DNA of 64,000 nt, taken from positions 26,007-90,006 of the forward strand of contig JAHHIM010000016.1 in the NCBI GenBank assembly GCA_019358915.1. The letters are read 5' to 3'. The stretch comes from Trichormus sp. ATA11-4-KO1. GTDB taxonomy: Bacteria; Cyanobacteriota; Cyanobacteriia; Cyanobacteriales; Nostocaceae. Below, piece after piece: positions 54,103 through 63,664 of this stretch (position 1 is the first letter of the stretch; the number at the start of each line of letters is the position of its first letter). The notes below the pieces were generated by a model. That model was not told the DNA's origin. It saw only the letters and a list, made by a program, of their open reading frames with translations, and ran no database searches. Both the position numbers and the translations under genes were made by a program.

Positions 54103-54480
54103 AGTTCATTTCTGCACTTTCTCAAGTAGAAAATATTAACCATTGAAGATGCTTAATCTAATAATTGCCCAACTCTACGAAATCAAGGCGCATAGTTCCG
54201 GTTTTACCGTTCTTCTGATGCTACGGCATTAAAATTCAGGTTTTATTATTAAAACTTTAAAACCTTGTCCCTCTAAAAAATGCAACCTATAAGCATAAAG
54301 GAACTCTAGAAGCACAATTTCTTGTCTAGTATATTGCTCTATTGGTGTCACGTTGAGCTTTGAGATGAGCAAAAAATTTCTGCGAAGATTAGCCTTTTTA
54401 TTCTTTGACTTCTTAACTTAAGAATAACCAAAAGTAGAAAGTAAATGTTGCCAGTATGGCATTGTTTCTAAGAATTTAAA

Positions 54481-55818
54481 TTAAAAATTTCCATTAATTA
54501 TCATTGGAAGTAATTTACATACTTTTTTATTTCCCTCTTCTAAAGCTTTAGTATTCTTAGTATCCATAGATATCTTCAAGATTTGTACACCTAGTGGTTT
54601 AAATACAGTATTTAATGTTCCATTACTCAAACAAATTGTCTTGTCTGCAAACAGAACTGTTGCTTCATCAGTTGTATTCGCAAAACCAGTAAACTTAGCA
54701 GAAACAGGCTCATCGGCTGAGTTTACAGCAATAATATAAGTAGATTTATTCCAGGCTAATGTTAGGATATTAATAGAAGGAAAGCTAATAGGCTGCTCCA
54801 TATCAGAGAATATGAACTGCTCGGTTCTTTTCGGGCCATCAATGATTTGAAAGTTAATATTATCCAACCTCTTGCCATACAAAATGGCCGCACCGAGTTG
54901 CTCTTTTCCTGTTATTTCTCTAACAGCCTGATCATACACTTGCCAAACTTTTTCTAACTGGGGATGATTCTGCTTGCGGAAGTAAGAAAAAACCAGGATA
55001 CCCCTAGCACCCGATACTATAGACTGCCAAAAGTCGTGATATGCTCCTTCGGGTGTAATTAAGATATTGCCTGGTTCATGAAATAGTTCCAGAACCGCCA
55101 CAGGAGTTTTTTCCCCTTTTAGATAGTTAGCACCTATCTTGGCTTGTGCCAGCTCTATCCCTTTCAGTGTGGTTTCCATGCGCCACCGTACCCATGAATG
55201 AGGCATTTCTACATATTTCGTGTAAACGCTGGCAGGAATAATATCTAAGTAGGGTACATACTGCTGCACATCCTGAGCATTGTAATGACCGGGAATATAC
55301 ATATAGTTAGGACGCTTTCTAGGATCATACTTGCGTGTCCATTTTGCATATTTGGTAACTATAGCCATTTCTCCATCCCGCCAATAGCGCCGTTCTTCAG
55401 GAAAATCCCACCACGCCACGCGATCGCTCTTAGCAAGAGTAGCGATATTATTCGCCAACCGTGCTTCTGGAATTGGCTGAGATTTTCCTGGTAGGCTGGC
55501 TAGAGCAAGCATTTGACCCTCGGTGACGGTTTGCAGAAAAGCAGGGTTAAAGTGGTAAGTCTGGGCAATTTTCCATCCAGATTTTCGTGCGCTTTGCATA
55601 TCTTGTGCTTCATGTATAGAGTACAAGGCTAAGGGAAATTGCTTACCTTGAGGATATACATTCTGTGCAGACATATGTACTTTTGTGCCTACGTTTGTTC
55701 CCATCACGACAACAGACGCAACCACGATTCCCAGTGTTACTAAAAGCTTTTTAGGCTGGATGAAGAATTTTATGATCGAGTAAGGCTGCCATTGATTAAA
55801 TGCTAGAACTAGTTTCAT
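54481..55818 (-). CDS. Membrane-anchored hypothetical protein, possibly a glycoside-hydrolase-like TIM barrel
   Basis: N-terminal hydrophobic anchor; WWDFPEE and GARGILVFSY segments; lies inside the polysaccharide locus. Confidence 0.55.
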   Translation of the reverse strand: MKLVLAFNQWQPYSIIKFFIQPKKLLVTLGIVVASVVVMGTNVGTKVHMSAQNVYPQGKQFPLALYSIHEAQDMQSARKSGWKIAQTYHFNPAFLQTVTEGQMLALASLPGKSQPIPEARLANNIATLAKSDRVAWWDFPEERRYWRDGEMAIVTKYAKWTRKYDPRKRPNYMYIPGHYNAQDVQQYVPYLDIIPASVYTKYVEMPHSWVRWRMETTLKGIELAQAKIGANYLKGEKTPVAVLELFHEPGNILITPEGAYHDFWQSIVSGARGILVFSYFRKQNHPQLEKVWQVYDQAVREITGKEQLGAAILYGKRLDNINFQIIDGPKRTEQFIFSDMEQPISFPSINILTLAWNKSTYIIAVNSADEPVSAKFTGFANTTDEATVLFADKTICLSNGTLNTVFKPLGVQILKISMDTKNTKALEEGNKKVCKLLPMIINGNF

Positions 55819-57049
55819 TTAATACCTTCTGAAAAACACCTGCTAGTTGCTCATACAAAACATCGCGATCAAATGTTGTGTCTGCAAGTTTTCTTGCAGC
55901 AGCCTCAGCTTTTTGTAAGCATTTAGGGCTATTTAAAAATTTCGCCAGTTGGATTGCACCTGCTTTTGGATCATTACCAGAAATGCTCATACCAGCACCA
56001 GATTGTTCCAAAATATCTTTCTGCCAGCCTCCATAGTTAATTACAACTGGGCGACCTGCGGCTAAGGCATCAAAAAATTTATTAGCTGAATTATGTTCCA
56101 TCTCAGGAATTGGCTTAAATAACGAAGTGGCAATAGTACATGCAGAAAGAAGCACTGGCATTTCAGCCTTGGGGATAGGTGGCCACATCCAGAAGTTTTT
56201 TCCCAAAATCCCTAATAGATGACTAACTTCTCTGACTTCCTTTTCACAAGCACCTGTGCCAACCACCAGAAACTTCGCCTCAGGCATAATATTCATCATG
56301 TGACTTGCTAAATAAGCCAAGTAGCTCACTCCATTGATATGCCCCAACGTACCAGCGTAAATAATTAAAGGCCCACCACATAATTCGGGATGTTGTTGGA
56401 GAAATTTTAATCCTACTGATTTGGGAACGTTAAAAAGGCCATTATCACAAGCATTAGGAATCACTGCTACTTTCTGAGGAGAAATGCCTTGCTTGACAAT
56501 GCCTTCTTTCATTCCAGGAGAAAGTGCCACAATATGAGCTGCATTTCGATAAGCTATCAGTTCTAATTGACGAGCAAAAAATATAGCTAATGGAGAACGT
56601 ATAGCTTTTACAGCTATTGGTAACTCTGGCCAAAGGTCTCTCACTTCAAATACATAAGGTGTACCACGCAACCATTTTCTCAACAGAGCGGGTATGGCAA
56701 TGGTAAGTGGAGTACTAGTAGCGAAAGTGAGGTCAGCTTGTTTTTCTCGTAGTACTTGTAAAGAAGACCTAACAGCAAAACTCAAAAATGCCAAAATTCT
56801 CCGCGAGAATTTCATATTGTTACTATATTTTAAAGGTATGGCATTTAAATCAAAATTAACATCTTTGGCATTAAACAATTTCACAATTTCTGTGGAAGAG
56901 AAACCGTGAATTTCTGAGTCTCCACAAAACATACAAACTTGCCATTTATCTTGGACAAGACGAGTAGAAAATTCCCAGGATCTTGTTCCACCAGAAACTG
57001 TGGGAATAGTAAAATATTGATGAAGATAAATTAATTTACGTTCAAGCAT
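55796..57049 (-). CDS. Glycosyltransferase family 4 (WbuB-like)
   Basis: HQYF..P..SGGTRS, TSTPL, FEVRDLWPE, NKFFDALAAGRP. Confidence 0.9.
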   Translation of the reverse strand: MLERKLIYLHQYFTIPTVSGGTRSWEFSTRLVQDKWQVCMFCGDSEIHGFSSTEIVKLFNAKDVNFDLNAIPLKYSNNMKFSRRILAFLSFAVRSSLQVLREKQADLTFATSTPLTIAIPALLRKWLRGTPYVFEVRDLWPELPIAVKAIRSPLAIFFARQLELIAYRNAAHIVALSPGMKEGIVKQGISPQKVAVIPNACDNGLFNVPKSVGLKFLQQHPELCGGPLIIYAGTLGHINGVSYLAYLASHMMNIMPEAKFLVVGTGACEKEVREVSHLLGILGKNFWMWPPIPKAEMPVLLSACTIATSLFKPIPEMEHNSANKFFDALAAGRPVVINYGGWQKDILEQSGAGMSISGNDPKAGAIQLAKFLNSPKCLQKAEAAARKLADTTFDRDVLYEQLAGVFQKVLNETSSSI

Positions 57050-57138
57050 AAAGTTTAAATCTCTACAGAATTATTTGGCTGAACAACTTTTGTAGCTTAG
57101 GAATATATATGATTACATCAAGATTTCCAAAATATCTA

Positions 57139-58305
57139 CTACTTTTTTATCCAAAAAGGCAGCATAAATATCAGACTTATAACTGAATAGTTATTGTATG
57201 ATGTTCCAGAGAATAAAGAACCTACATAAATTGGTAAACAAACCAGAGTTAAGACTTTACAGGTACGATTTAATTTACCTTGCCATAAAAGTGTTATGTA
57301 GAATATTGTAAATACTAAAAGCATAAGGCATGGATAGAACCCGCCATTATATAGTAAATCTAAATAAATATTATGCGGATAAGAATATACATAATCGCTT
57401 CCTTCTCCTAATAAATAATTATCGTTAATAAAGAAAGATGGTAAATTTTGCAAAAATCCCTGCCTCGTTGAAATTGAACTAGAGGATGCACCACGGTCAT
57501 AAAACCAAAAGGCTCTAGAATTAAAGATATATTCCGAAAAATTTGATTGTATGAGCCAGCCAAATAAAGAAAACATTAAAGCTATAGTAGCAAACTTAAG
57601 CCACTTTAATTTCATAGAAATCACTGTATAACCAAACGAAAAAATCATAATAATTCCGATAATAATTGCGCCTCTTGACCCTGTTCTCAGCATAATAAAC
57701 AATGCAGTAATTAAACAAATTATTGTCACGATTAAACTAGGAATTGAAGTTTTTTGCTTTCTTCCAGAATAGGTTTCGTTAACCAGTGCGAGGTTTAGCA
57801 AGAAAAGAGAGCCAATGATCCTATAGTATATGTTTGGCCCAAATATAAAAGATTGTCTCGGATCATTTCCAGCGAAATACTGAGTTAAAATTCCCATAAA
57901 AATTAGTGATATGCCAGGTAGCCAACGAACTATCTTACAACTTTGATTATCACTAAGTAATCGCTCAATTACCTGAGTGGCAAAAACAAGAACATTAACA
58001 TATAAAATGATAGCTATAGAGCCAAAATAATAGTCAAAATTATATTTATAAAATTGAATATAAATTGGTAGTAAAGCCAAAAATATCAAAATTTGAGCAA
58101 AAAATTCTCCTGAACTGAGTAGCAAGTTCCTTCTCAGGAAAAAAATAATTATCCAAAAAACAAAAAAGAGAGGAAAATCATATAGTATTTTGTTTTGTCC
58201 AGAAAATGTAGCACAAAACAGCAGAGCTAAATCAATAGGCAATAAAATTATATTATCTAAAAAATCTTGATTAAAATGTTTTTGATTTTGTACTCCAGAC
58301 ATCAT
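57139..58305 (-). CDS. O-antigen polymerase/ligase-like membrane protein (Wzy)
   Basis: Multiple TMs, TGSRGA, PHNIYLDLL; very AT-rich. Confidence 0.75.
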   Translation of the reverse strand: MMSGVQNQKHFNQDFLDNIILLPIDLALLFCATFSGQNKILYDFPLFFVFWIIIFFLRRNLLLSSGEFFAQILIFLALLPIYIQFYKYNFDYYFGSIAIILYVNVLVFATQVIERLLSDNQSCKIVRWLPGISLIFMGILTQYFAGNDPRQSFIFGPNIYYRIIGSLFLLNLALVNETYSGRKQKTSIPSLIVTIICLITALFIMLRTGSRGAIIIGIIMIFSFGYTVISMKLKWLKFATIALMFSLFGWLIQSNFSEYIFNSRAFWFYDRGASSSSISTRQGFLQNLPSFFINDNYLLGEGSDYVYSYPHNIYLDLLYNGGFYPCLMLLVFTIFYITLLWQGKLNRTCKVLTLVCLPIYVGSLFSGTSYNNYSVISLIFMLPFWIKK

Positions 58306-59573
58306 AATTTTAATTCTCCTAGTATTTGCCCATGCAGTTTGTGTAATGCATGAAGAATAACCGCCAAACTTAAAACTAGTTGAGTAATTGCCGCAATTAA
58401 TAATGCAATCACGACCCCTTGTAACCCCAGTTTAGGTATCAACCACATATTAGTTATTGCTAAGATGCTTGCTACAGCAGCAAATAGCGGCATTTGGACG
58501 CGAAAATACCGAGATGCCGTCATGCCATAGCCTAAAAAGGTCGATATGTAATTAACCCCAGCCACAACCATTAGCCAGATAAACAAAGTTGTCTGCTGGG
58601 CATATTCAGGTTGATACACAATAGTGAGAATTTGTCGTCCAGCAACAACAGCTACCAAGACACCTGTTCCGCCCAATAGCGCAGCAATTCCTACCAACTT
58701 GAAAAGCAGATCACGAAAATTTGTATAATCCCTAGACGCATAATATTTAGCTAGCCTAGGACTAGCTGACTCTCCCAAGGCATTGACTATTACACCTCCT
58801 ACCACCATTAGATAGGCTATGGCTGCAAAAATGCCCAATTCCCACTCGCCTAAATATCGTTCAATAAAGTAGCGAGGAAGATTGGTATTCAGTGAAATTA
58901 CCATCATCGCAAATCCCAAAGGCAAACAGAGCCATCCTAGTTTTGTGAGGGTTTTCAGATGCCAACGCGGCTGTAATTGTGACTTTTGCTTAAGTATCAA
59001 GACACCACTGTGAATGTCACAGGTGAATAACACCACAACCCAAGCTAAGAGCAACCCTACTACTCCCCATAGGACACGGCCAGATATATATACTCCAGTA
59101 CTTAGCAATAGTAGTGATAAAGGGCCTTTAAACATCAGCGATATCGCAATTCGATCCATGCGTTCATGTTGCTGAATTAGCCCATAAAATATGTCACTAA
59201 TAGACTCAAATGCTTTTGCCAGACCGACCAGGAATATAACTAAAGATGTTTCCCAGCGATATCCACCTGACAAACTAATAATCATAATGACCAGCAGCGC
59301 CAGTGCTGTTGAGATCAGCCTCAGACCCAGGTAATCACTAAAAAGATATTGTGCTTTAGCATCCGTTGCTTGCACTGCTTGTAGTTGGAGATTAGTAAAC
59401 ATGACTATGGGGGCAGTAACTGCAAAGCCCAATGTAAACTGCCCTACCATCTCTGGACTACCGAGTTTAGCTAGTACCACGAGCATTCCCCACTGGCAAC
59501 TTGCATAGACAACGTTACCAATAAAATTCCAGGACAAGTTACTACGTAATGTTAGTGGCTTACTTTCTTGCAT
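58302..59573 (-). CDS. Oligosaccharide flippase (Wzx-like)
   Basis: About 12 TMs; LRSNLSW...VVLAKL...VGQF pattern. Confidence 0.85.
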   Translation of the reverse strand: MQESKPLTLRSNLSWNFIGNVVYASCQWGMLVVLAKLGSPEMVGQFTLGFAVTAPIVMFTNLQLQAVQATDAKAQYLFSDYLGLRLISTALALLVIMIISLSGGYRWETSLVIFLVGLAKAFESISDIFYGLIQQHERMDRIAISLMFKGPLSLLLLSTGVYISGRVLWGVVGLLLAWVVVLFTCDIHSGVLILKQKSQLQPRWHLKTLTKLGWLCLPLGFAMMVISLNTNLPRYFIERYLGEWELGIFAAIAYLMVVGGVIVNALGESASPRLAKYYASRDYTNFRDLLFKLVGIAALLGGTGVLVAVVAGRQILTIVYQPEYAQQTTLFIWLMVVAGVNYISTFLGYGMTASRYFRVQMPLFAAVASILAITNMWLIPKLGLQGVVIALLIAAITQLVLSLAVILHALHKLHGQILGELKL

Positions 59574-59760
59574 ATACTTGAATCGATAATCAGCTAATCG
59601 TCTTGATCTTGTAATTGGCAATGAAAAACAAGTAAGCGGATGATGCTTCTATACAAATTGTTTTTGTTGTCAGTAAATTGCTATGGAACGAATATCAGTA
59701 ATACCTCAAAAATTGATATTTCGTTGAGTTTAGCTAGAACTAACACACCCAAAAAATCTT

Positions 59761-61815
59761 TTAGTTCAGTTGCTTACCTTGTGAGCCTACATTTGTTAAA
59801 ATATTTCCATTTAAAAATGTGATGGCATTACCATTTTTATAAGTATCTACTAGCACATGATTTTTTAAGTATTGAGGTTGATAACTTGGCACTATTTGCT
59901 CCAGTAAAAATAAAATAGAATTCTCATCATTTTCAGCAGCAGCAGTACACAAGATTTCCACAAAAATAGATAGATTATCTGCAACAATGCCACTAGCATT
60001 TTTTACCACCAACAACTTTTCATGTTCTGTTGCTTCGTACTCTTCTCCTTCAACAAACAATTCCTCAAATAGCTTTTCTCCTGGTCTGACTCCCGTAAAT
60101 ACAATGTCAATATCTTTGTTGACTTCATATCCTGAAAGACGAATTAGTTCTGCTGCCAGGTCAACAATTTTAACGGGTTTACCCATATTCAGCATGAAAA
60201 TTTCACCACTACGACCAAGTACCGCAGCCTGTAAAACAAGTTGCACTGCTTCGGGGATAGTCATGAAATAACGACTAATATCGGGATGCGTAACTGTTAC
60301 TGGGCCACCTGCAGCAATTTGTCTTTTAAAGGTGGGAACTACACTACCGCGACTCCCTAGAACATTACCAAAACGCACTACAACATAAGGTTTACCGCTT
60401 TTTCTAGCGGCTTGTAGTACTAACATTTCGGCAACTCTCTTACTAGCCCCCATAACATTAGTAGGATTTACAGCCTTATCTGTAGAAATCATTACAAAAT
60501 GTTTTACATCGTATTTCAGCGCTAGATCGAGTAAATTTTTTGTGCCTAGGACATTGTTAGTTATTGCTTCTGGTGGATTTAATTCCATTAAGGGGACATG
60601 TTTATGAGCCGCCGCGTGGAAAATAACATCAGGTTGGAATTGCTCAAAAGCATTTTCTAAACGAGATCGGAACCGAATATCAGCAATAAAAGTAGAAATA
60701 TGAGGGCTGTTTTTTGGCAATTTGCTATTGTTTTTATGTAATTGGATAATTTGTTCTAGTTCTTGTTGGATATTGAACACAGAATTTTCACCATGCCCAA
60801 TCAGGATCATTTCAGCAGGGTGGCATTTGAAAACTTGACGGCAAATTTCACTACCAATTGATCCACCTGCGCCTGTGATTAGTACTGTCTTGCCTTTGAT
60901 AAATTGAGATACTCGCTCAATATCTATCTGGACAGGTTCTCGCCTCAGCAAATCTTCAATTCTGACATCCCGAATGCTATTTACCAACACACGATTATTG
61001 AGGATTTCGTGTATTCCAGGTAAAGTGCTAGTTTGTATTCCAGTCGCTTGGCAAATATCTACGATTTCTTTAATAACTTGCCCAGCAACTGTGGGCATAG
61101 CTATAATCACTTTTCTAATTTTTAGAGATTTGACAATATCAGGAATTTGGTAGCGATCGCCTACTACAGGAAGCCCACGAATGTGTACGTTTAATTTTTG
61201 AGGATCATCGTCAATGAAGGCTACGGGATAAAACCCAAGTTTTGGATTATTTTGCATGTCTTGGACAAGAGAAACTCCAGCACTACCAGCACCAATAATC
61301 AACACCCTGACACGTGGGTAAAATACTGCTTGTCGTTGCCTAGCTTTTTCCAACACTCGAAAGCTGAAACGCAGCCCCCCAATAAAAATACACGATAGCA
61401 GACCATCAATAAACGGTAGTGACTGCGGTAGTTTATCTATGGCAGGATGTAATATATTATCTAGAACATGAAATAGTATGGTTTGAATGATTATTGCACC
61501 CACCATCAACATAGATATATATATCAACTCCTCAATACTGGCATAGCGCCAGTAACGCCTATAAAAACCACAAATCCAAAATACAATTAGTTTAACTGCT
61601 AAAAACAATATGGTGATGATTCCTAGTTCTGATATATATACTTGAATATCTAGATGTCCATCTAAACGCAAGAATAAAGCTAATAATGGTGTAATTGAAA
61701 AAACAACAATATCAAAAACGAATAAATGCCTATTTTTTAATTTCAGCAGCTTATTTAATAAACTAGTTTTCAATTGTTTAAACCTGGAATGAGTAATATT
61801 AAATAATAAATTCAT
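59761..61815 (-). CDS. Nucleoside-diphosphate sugar 4,6-dehydratase (PglF/CapD-like)
   Basis: N-terminal TMs, GAGSAG, TGAGGSIGSE, HAAAHKHVP, STDKAV, RFGNVLGSRGSV. Confidence 0.93.
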   Translation of the reverse strand: MNLLFNITHSRFKQLKTSLLNKLLKLKNRHLFVFDIVVFSITPLLALFLRLDGHLDIQVYISELGIITILFLAVKLIVFWICGFYRRYWRYASIEELIYISMLMVGAIIIQTILFHVLDNILHPAIDKLPQSLPFIDGLLSCIFIGGLRFSFRVLEKARQRQAVFYPRVRVLIIGAGSAGVSLVQDMQNNPKLGFYPVAFIDDDPQKLNVHIRGLPVVGDRYQIPDIVKSLKIRKVIIAMPTVAGQVIKEIVDICQATGIQTSTLPGIHEILNNRVLVNSIRDVRIEDLLRREPVQIDIERVSQFIKGKTVLITGAGGSIGSEICRQVFKCHPAEMILIGHGENSVFNIQQELEQIIQLHKNNSKLPKNSPHISTFIADIRFRSRLENAFEQFQPDVIFHAAAHKHVPLMELNPPEAITNNVLGTKNLLDLALKYDVKHFVMISTDKAVNPTNVMGASKRVAEMLVLQAARKSGKPYVVVRFGNVLGSRGSVVPTFKRQIAAGGPVTVTHPDISRYFMTIPEAVQLVLQAAVLGRSGEIFMLNMGKPVKIVDLAAELIRLSGYEVNKDIDIVFTGVRPGEKLFEELFVEGEEYEATEHEKLLVVKNASGIVADNLSIFVEILCTAAAENDENSILFLLEQIVPSYQPQYLKNHVLVDTYKNGNAITFLNGNILTNVGSQGKQLN

Positions 61816-61933
61816 ACCTGTCAAAACCTCCAGGATAATGTACAGAATTATCTTAACTGTGTAGAAAATGTCAAATGTTGACAACAAATCTCAATCAAGA
61901 GATTGGCACATATGAATCAATCTATGAAATAGC

Positions 61934-62039
61934 TATAGCCTTTCTTGTCCTGGTGAGGTACAAACAAAAATAATTAAACGCAGATGAACGCGGATAAACG
62001 CGGATGAATTTGTACTCCAGCAGACTAGTAAACGCTATA
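61934..62039. mobile_element. 106-bp MITE with about 30-bp imperfect TIRs ending in TA
   Basis: tatagcctttcttgtcctggtgaggtacaaa ... tttgtactccagcagactagtaaacgctata; internal 10-mer tandem aacgcggat(a/g). Confidence 0.75.
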
Positions 62040-62192
62040 AGTATTTGAGATTTTTAATTGACTGCTTTAGAAAAACACTGATAGCATAGCTCGCAGGCAA
62101 CACTTGCTTAGGCACATCATATTGATTTGGTAAAATTAGTATTAATTTCTGTGCCCTGACTGCCTTAATTGATATTACTGGTCTAATTCACA

Positions 62193-62794
62193 GTAAGGAT
62201 TTAATTGTGATCTAGTTAACAGGGATGATGTGGTGGGAGAGCATCACTGTTATGAGCCAGAACACAGCGAAAGCAAAAATAGAAGAAGAGCTAAACCAAT
62301 TGTTAAAGGAACAGTTGGTAGAAATCATCAAGGTGCTTTAAGAGGAAATAACACAACTCAAACAGTAAAATAGTATCCAAACCACCATCATTCAACAAAA
62401 TTTTGATTAGGCGCAGCAGTTTTACTTAAGGTTGAAAAATACGATTTATTAATGGATTTCTAAGACAAGTACAACTGCGTTAAACCTACTATCAAAAATA
62501 TCTGATAAGTCTGAGCCGTGGTAGTTTTTACTCAACCATCCAGATGTGACCCCAGATAATAGCTTAGCTGAAAAATCGCGATGATTAGCTGTCACCAAAC
62601 GTAAAGTTTTTGGTGAGTCACCTTCTTTTGAGCGATATCAAGATACAGCTTACTTATTGAGTGTTGTGTTGTTTAAATTTGTCGAACTTGGCAGCATTTG
62701 GTTATTGACTTTTTTACTGATGCTTTACCTGCATCTGTTGGTCATCAAACTGCCATTGCTTCATTTATTCCTGTTTTTTGACCTGAATTCTTGC
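62193..62794 (+). mobile_element. Decayed, internally deleted IS66-family element
   Basis: gtaaggattt / cctgaattcttgc ends; flanks aattcaca and tattcaca (7/8); remnants MSQNTAK..EELNQL.KEQLVEII, SKPPS, HPDVTPDN.LAE, LAVTKRKV with stops and frameshifts. Confidence 0.78.
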
Positions 62795-63454
62795 TATTCA
62801 CAATTAAATTTGTACCAGCTTTTTATTAATATGTCTCGCCAATATGCCACAAATTTCGTGCAAGAATTCGGATTTTTGTTCGTGGTGGTAGTGATAAAGC
62901 TCTATTTTCATAACACATTTACCATTACTAGAAGCATTTTTGTAATATTCATGTAATCTTGCTTACCAAGAGCCTGATTAAATGATTTTTCTAATTGTAA
63001 TGTGTTGTTAATTTTAAAATTAAGCTTTATTTTAAAATTTTAGTAATGATATTTCCTTGATAATATTGTTTTCATAAGCTGTTGCATATCACGTGACTTA
63101 GCTATAAATTTCCTCTATGATTCATTTATCAAGTCCAACTTGAGTGTGTAAGAAAAGATATTTATCTATTTAGATTAAAAACAAAAGTGAGAATTTTTGT
63201 CTGCTCTTTCATGACCAAATAATTACGAATTATGTTGACTTGATGTTAATTTATAACTTTATAGCCCCCATACCTCGTAATAATGCTCTAGCTTATCAGG
63301 GCAGATATTATTAAATTCCTAGACTAAACTCCAACAATCATTTATAGATTTAACCCAAGATTGACCATATGAACTCTTGAAGAAGGCAGGAGGCAGGAGG
63401 TAGAGGGCAGTCCCAATGAAAAAATTTCATCACCATGAATGAAAATGTGGTAAC

Positions 63455-63660
63455 TTCCAAGATAAGGCTGATACAAGCGAGGTTGTTTCCTTATTAGAGC
63501 ATCAGAGCCTGAAGGGCAGTCTAACCTGGATATCGAGAGGAATTGCCAATTGTCGCCACTGAGCAATTTTTTGGTTTTAGTGAGCACGCAAGTCAGAATC
63601 TACTATTTAGATATCCACGTATTAGCCCCCGATCAATTTTGAAAGTTGTAGTAGATCAAG
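63455..63660 (+). ncRNA. Candidate IS110 bridge/seek RNA in the non-coding left end
   Basis: About 200-nt leader with nested stems (tggatatc/gatatcca; cactga/ttagtg) enclosing a large internal loop; boundaries uncertain. Confidence 0.4.
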
Positions 63661-63664
63661 AGAT

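Noticed and set aside
4630..61398. Many short antisense or off-frame ORFs inside established genes (e.g. 4630-4947, 19270-19749, 30175-30792, 45553-45942)
   Set aside because: Shadow ORFs of well-supported genes with no independent motifs
62657..63587. ORFs 62657-62956 and 63342-63587
   Set aside because: They overlap the IS66 relic and the IS110 leader; non-ATG starts and no protein-like features
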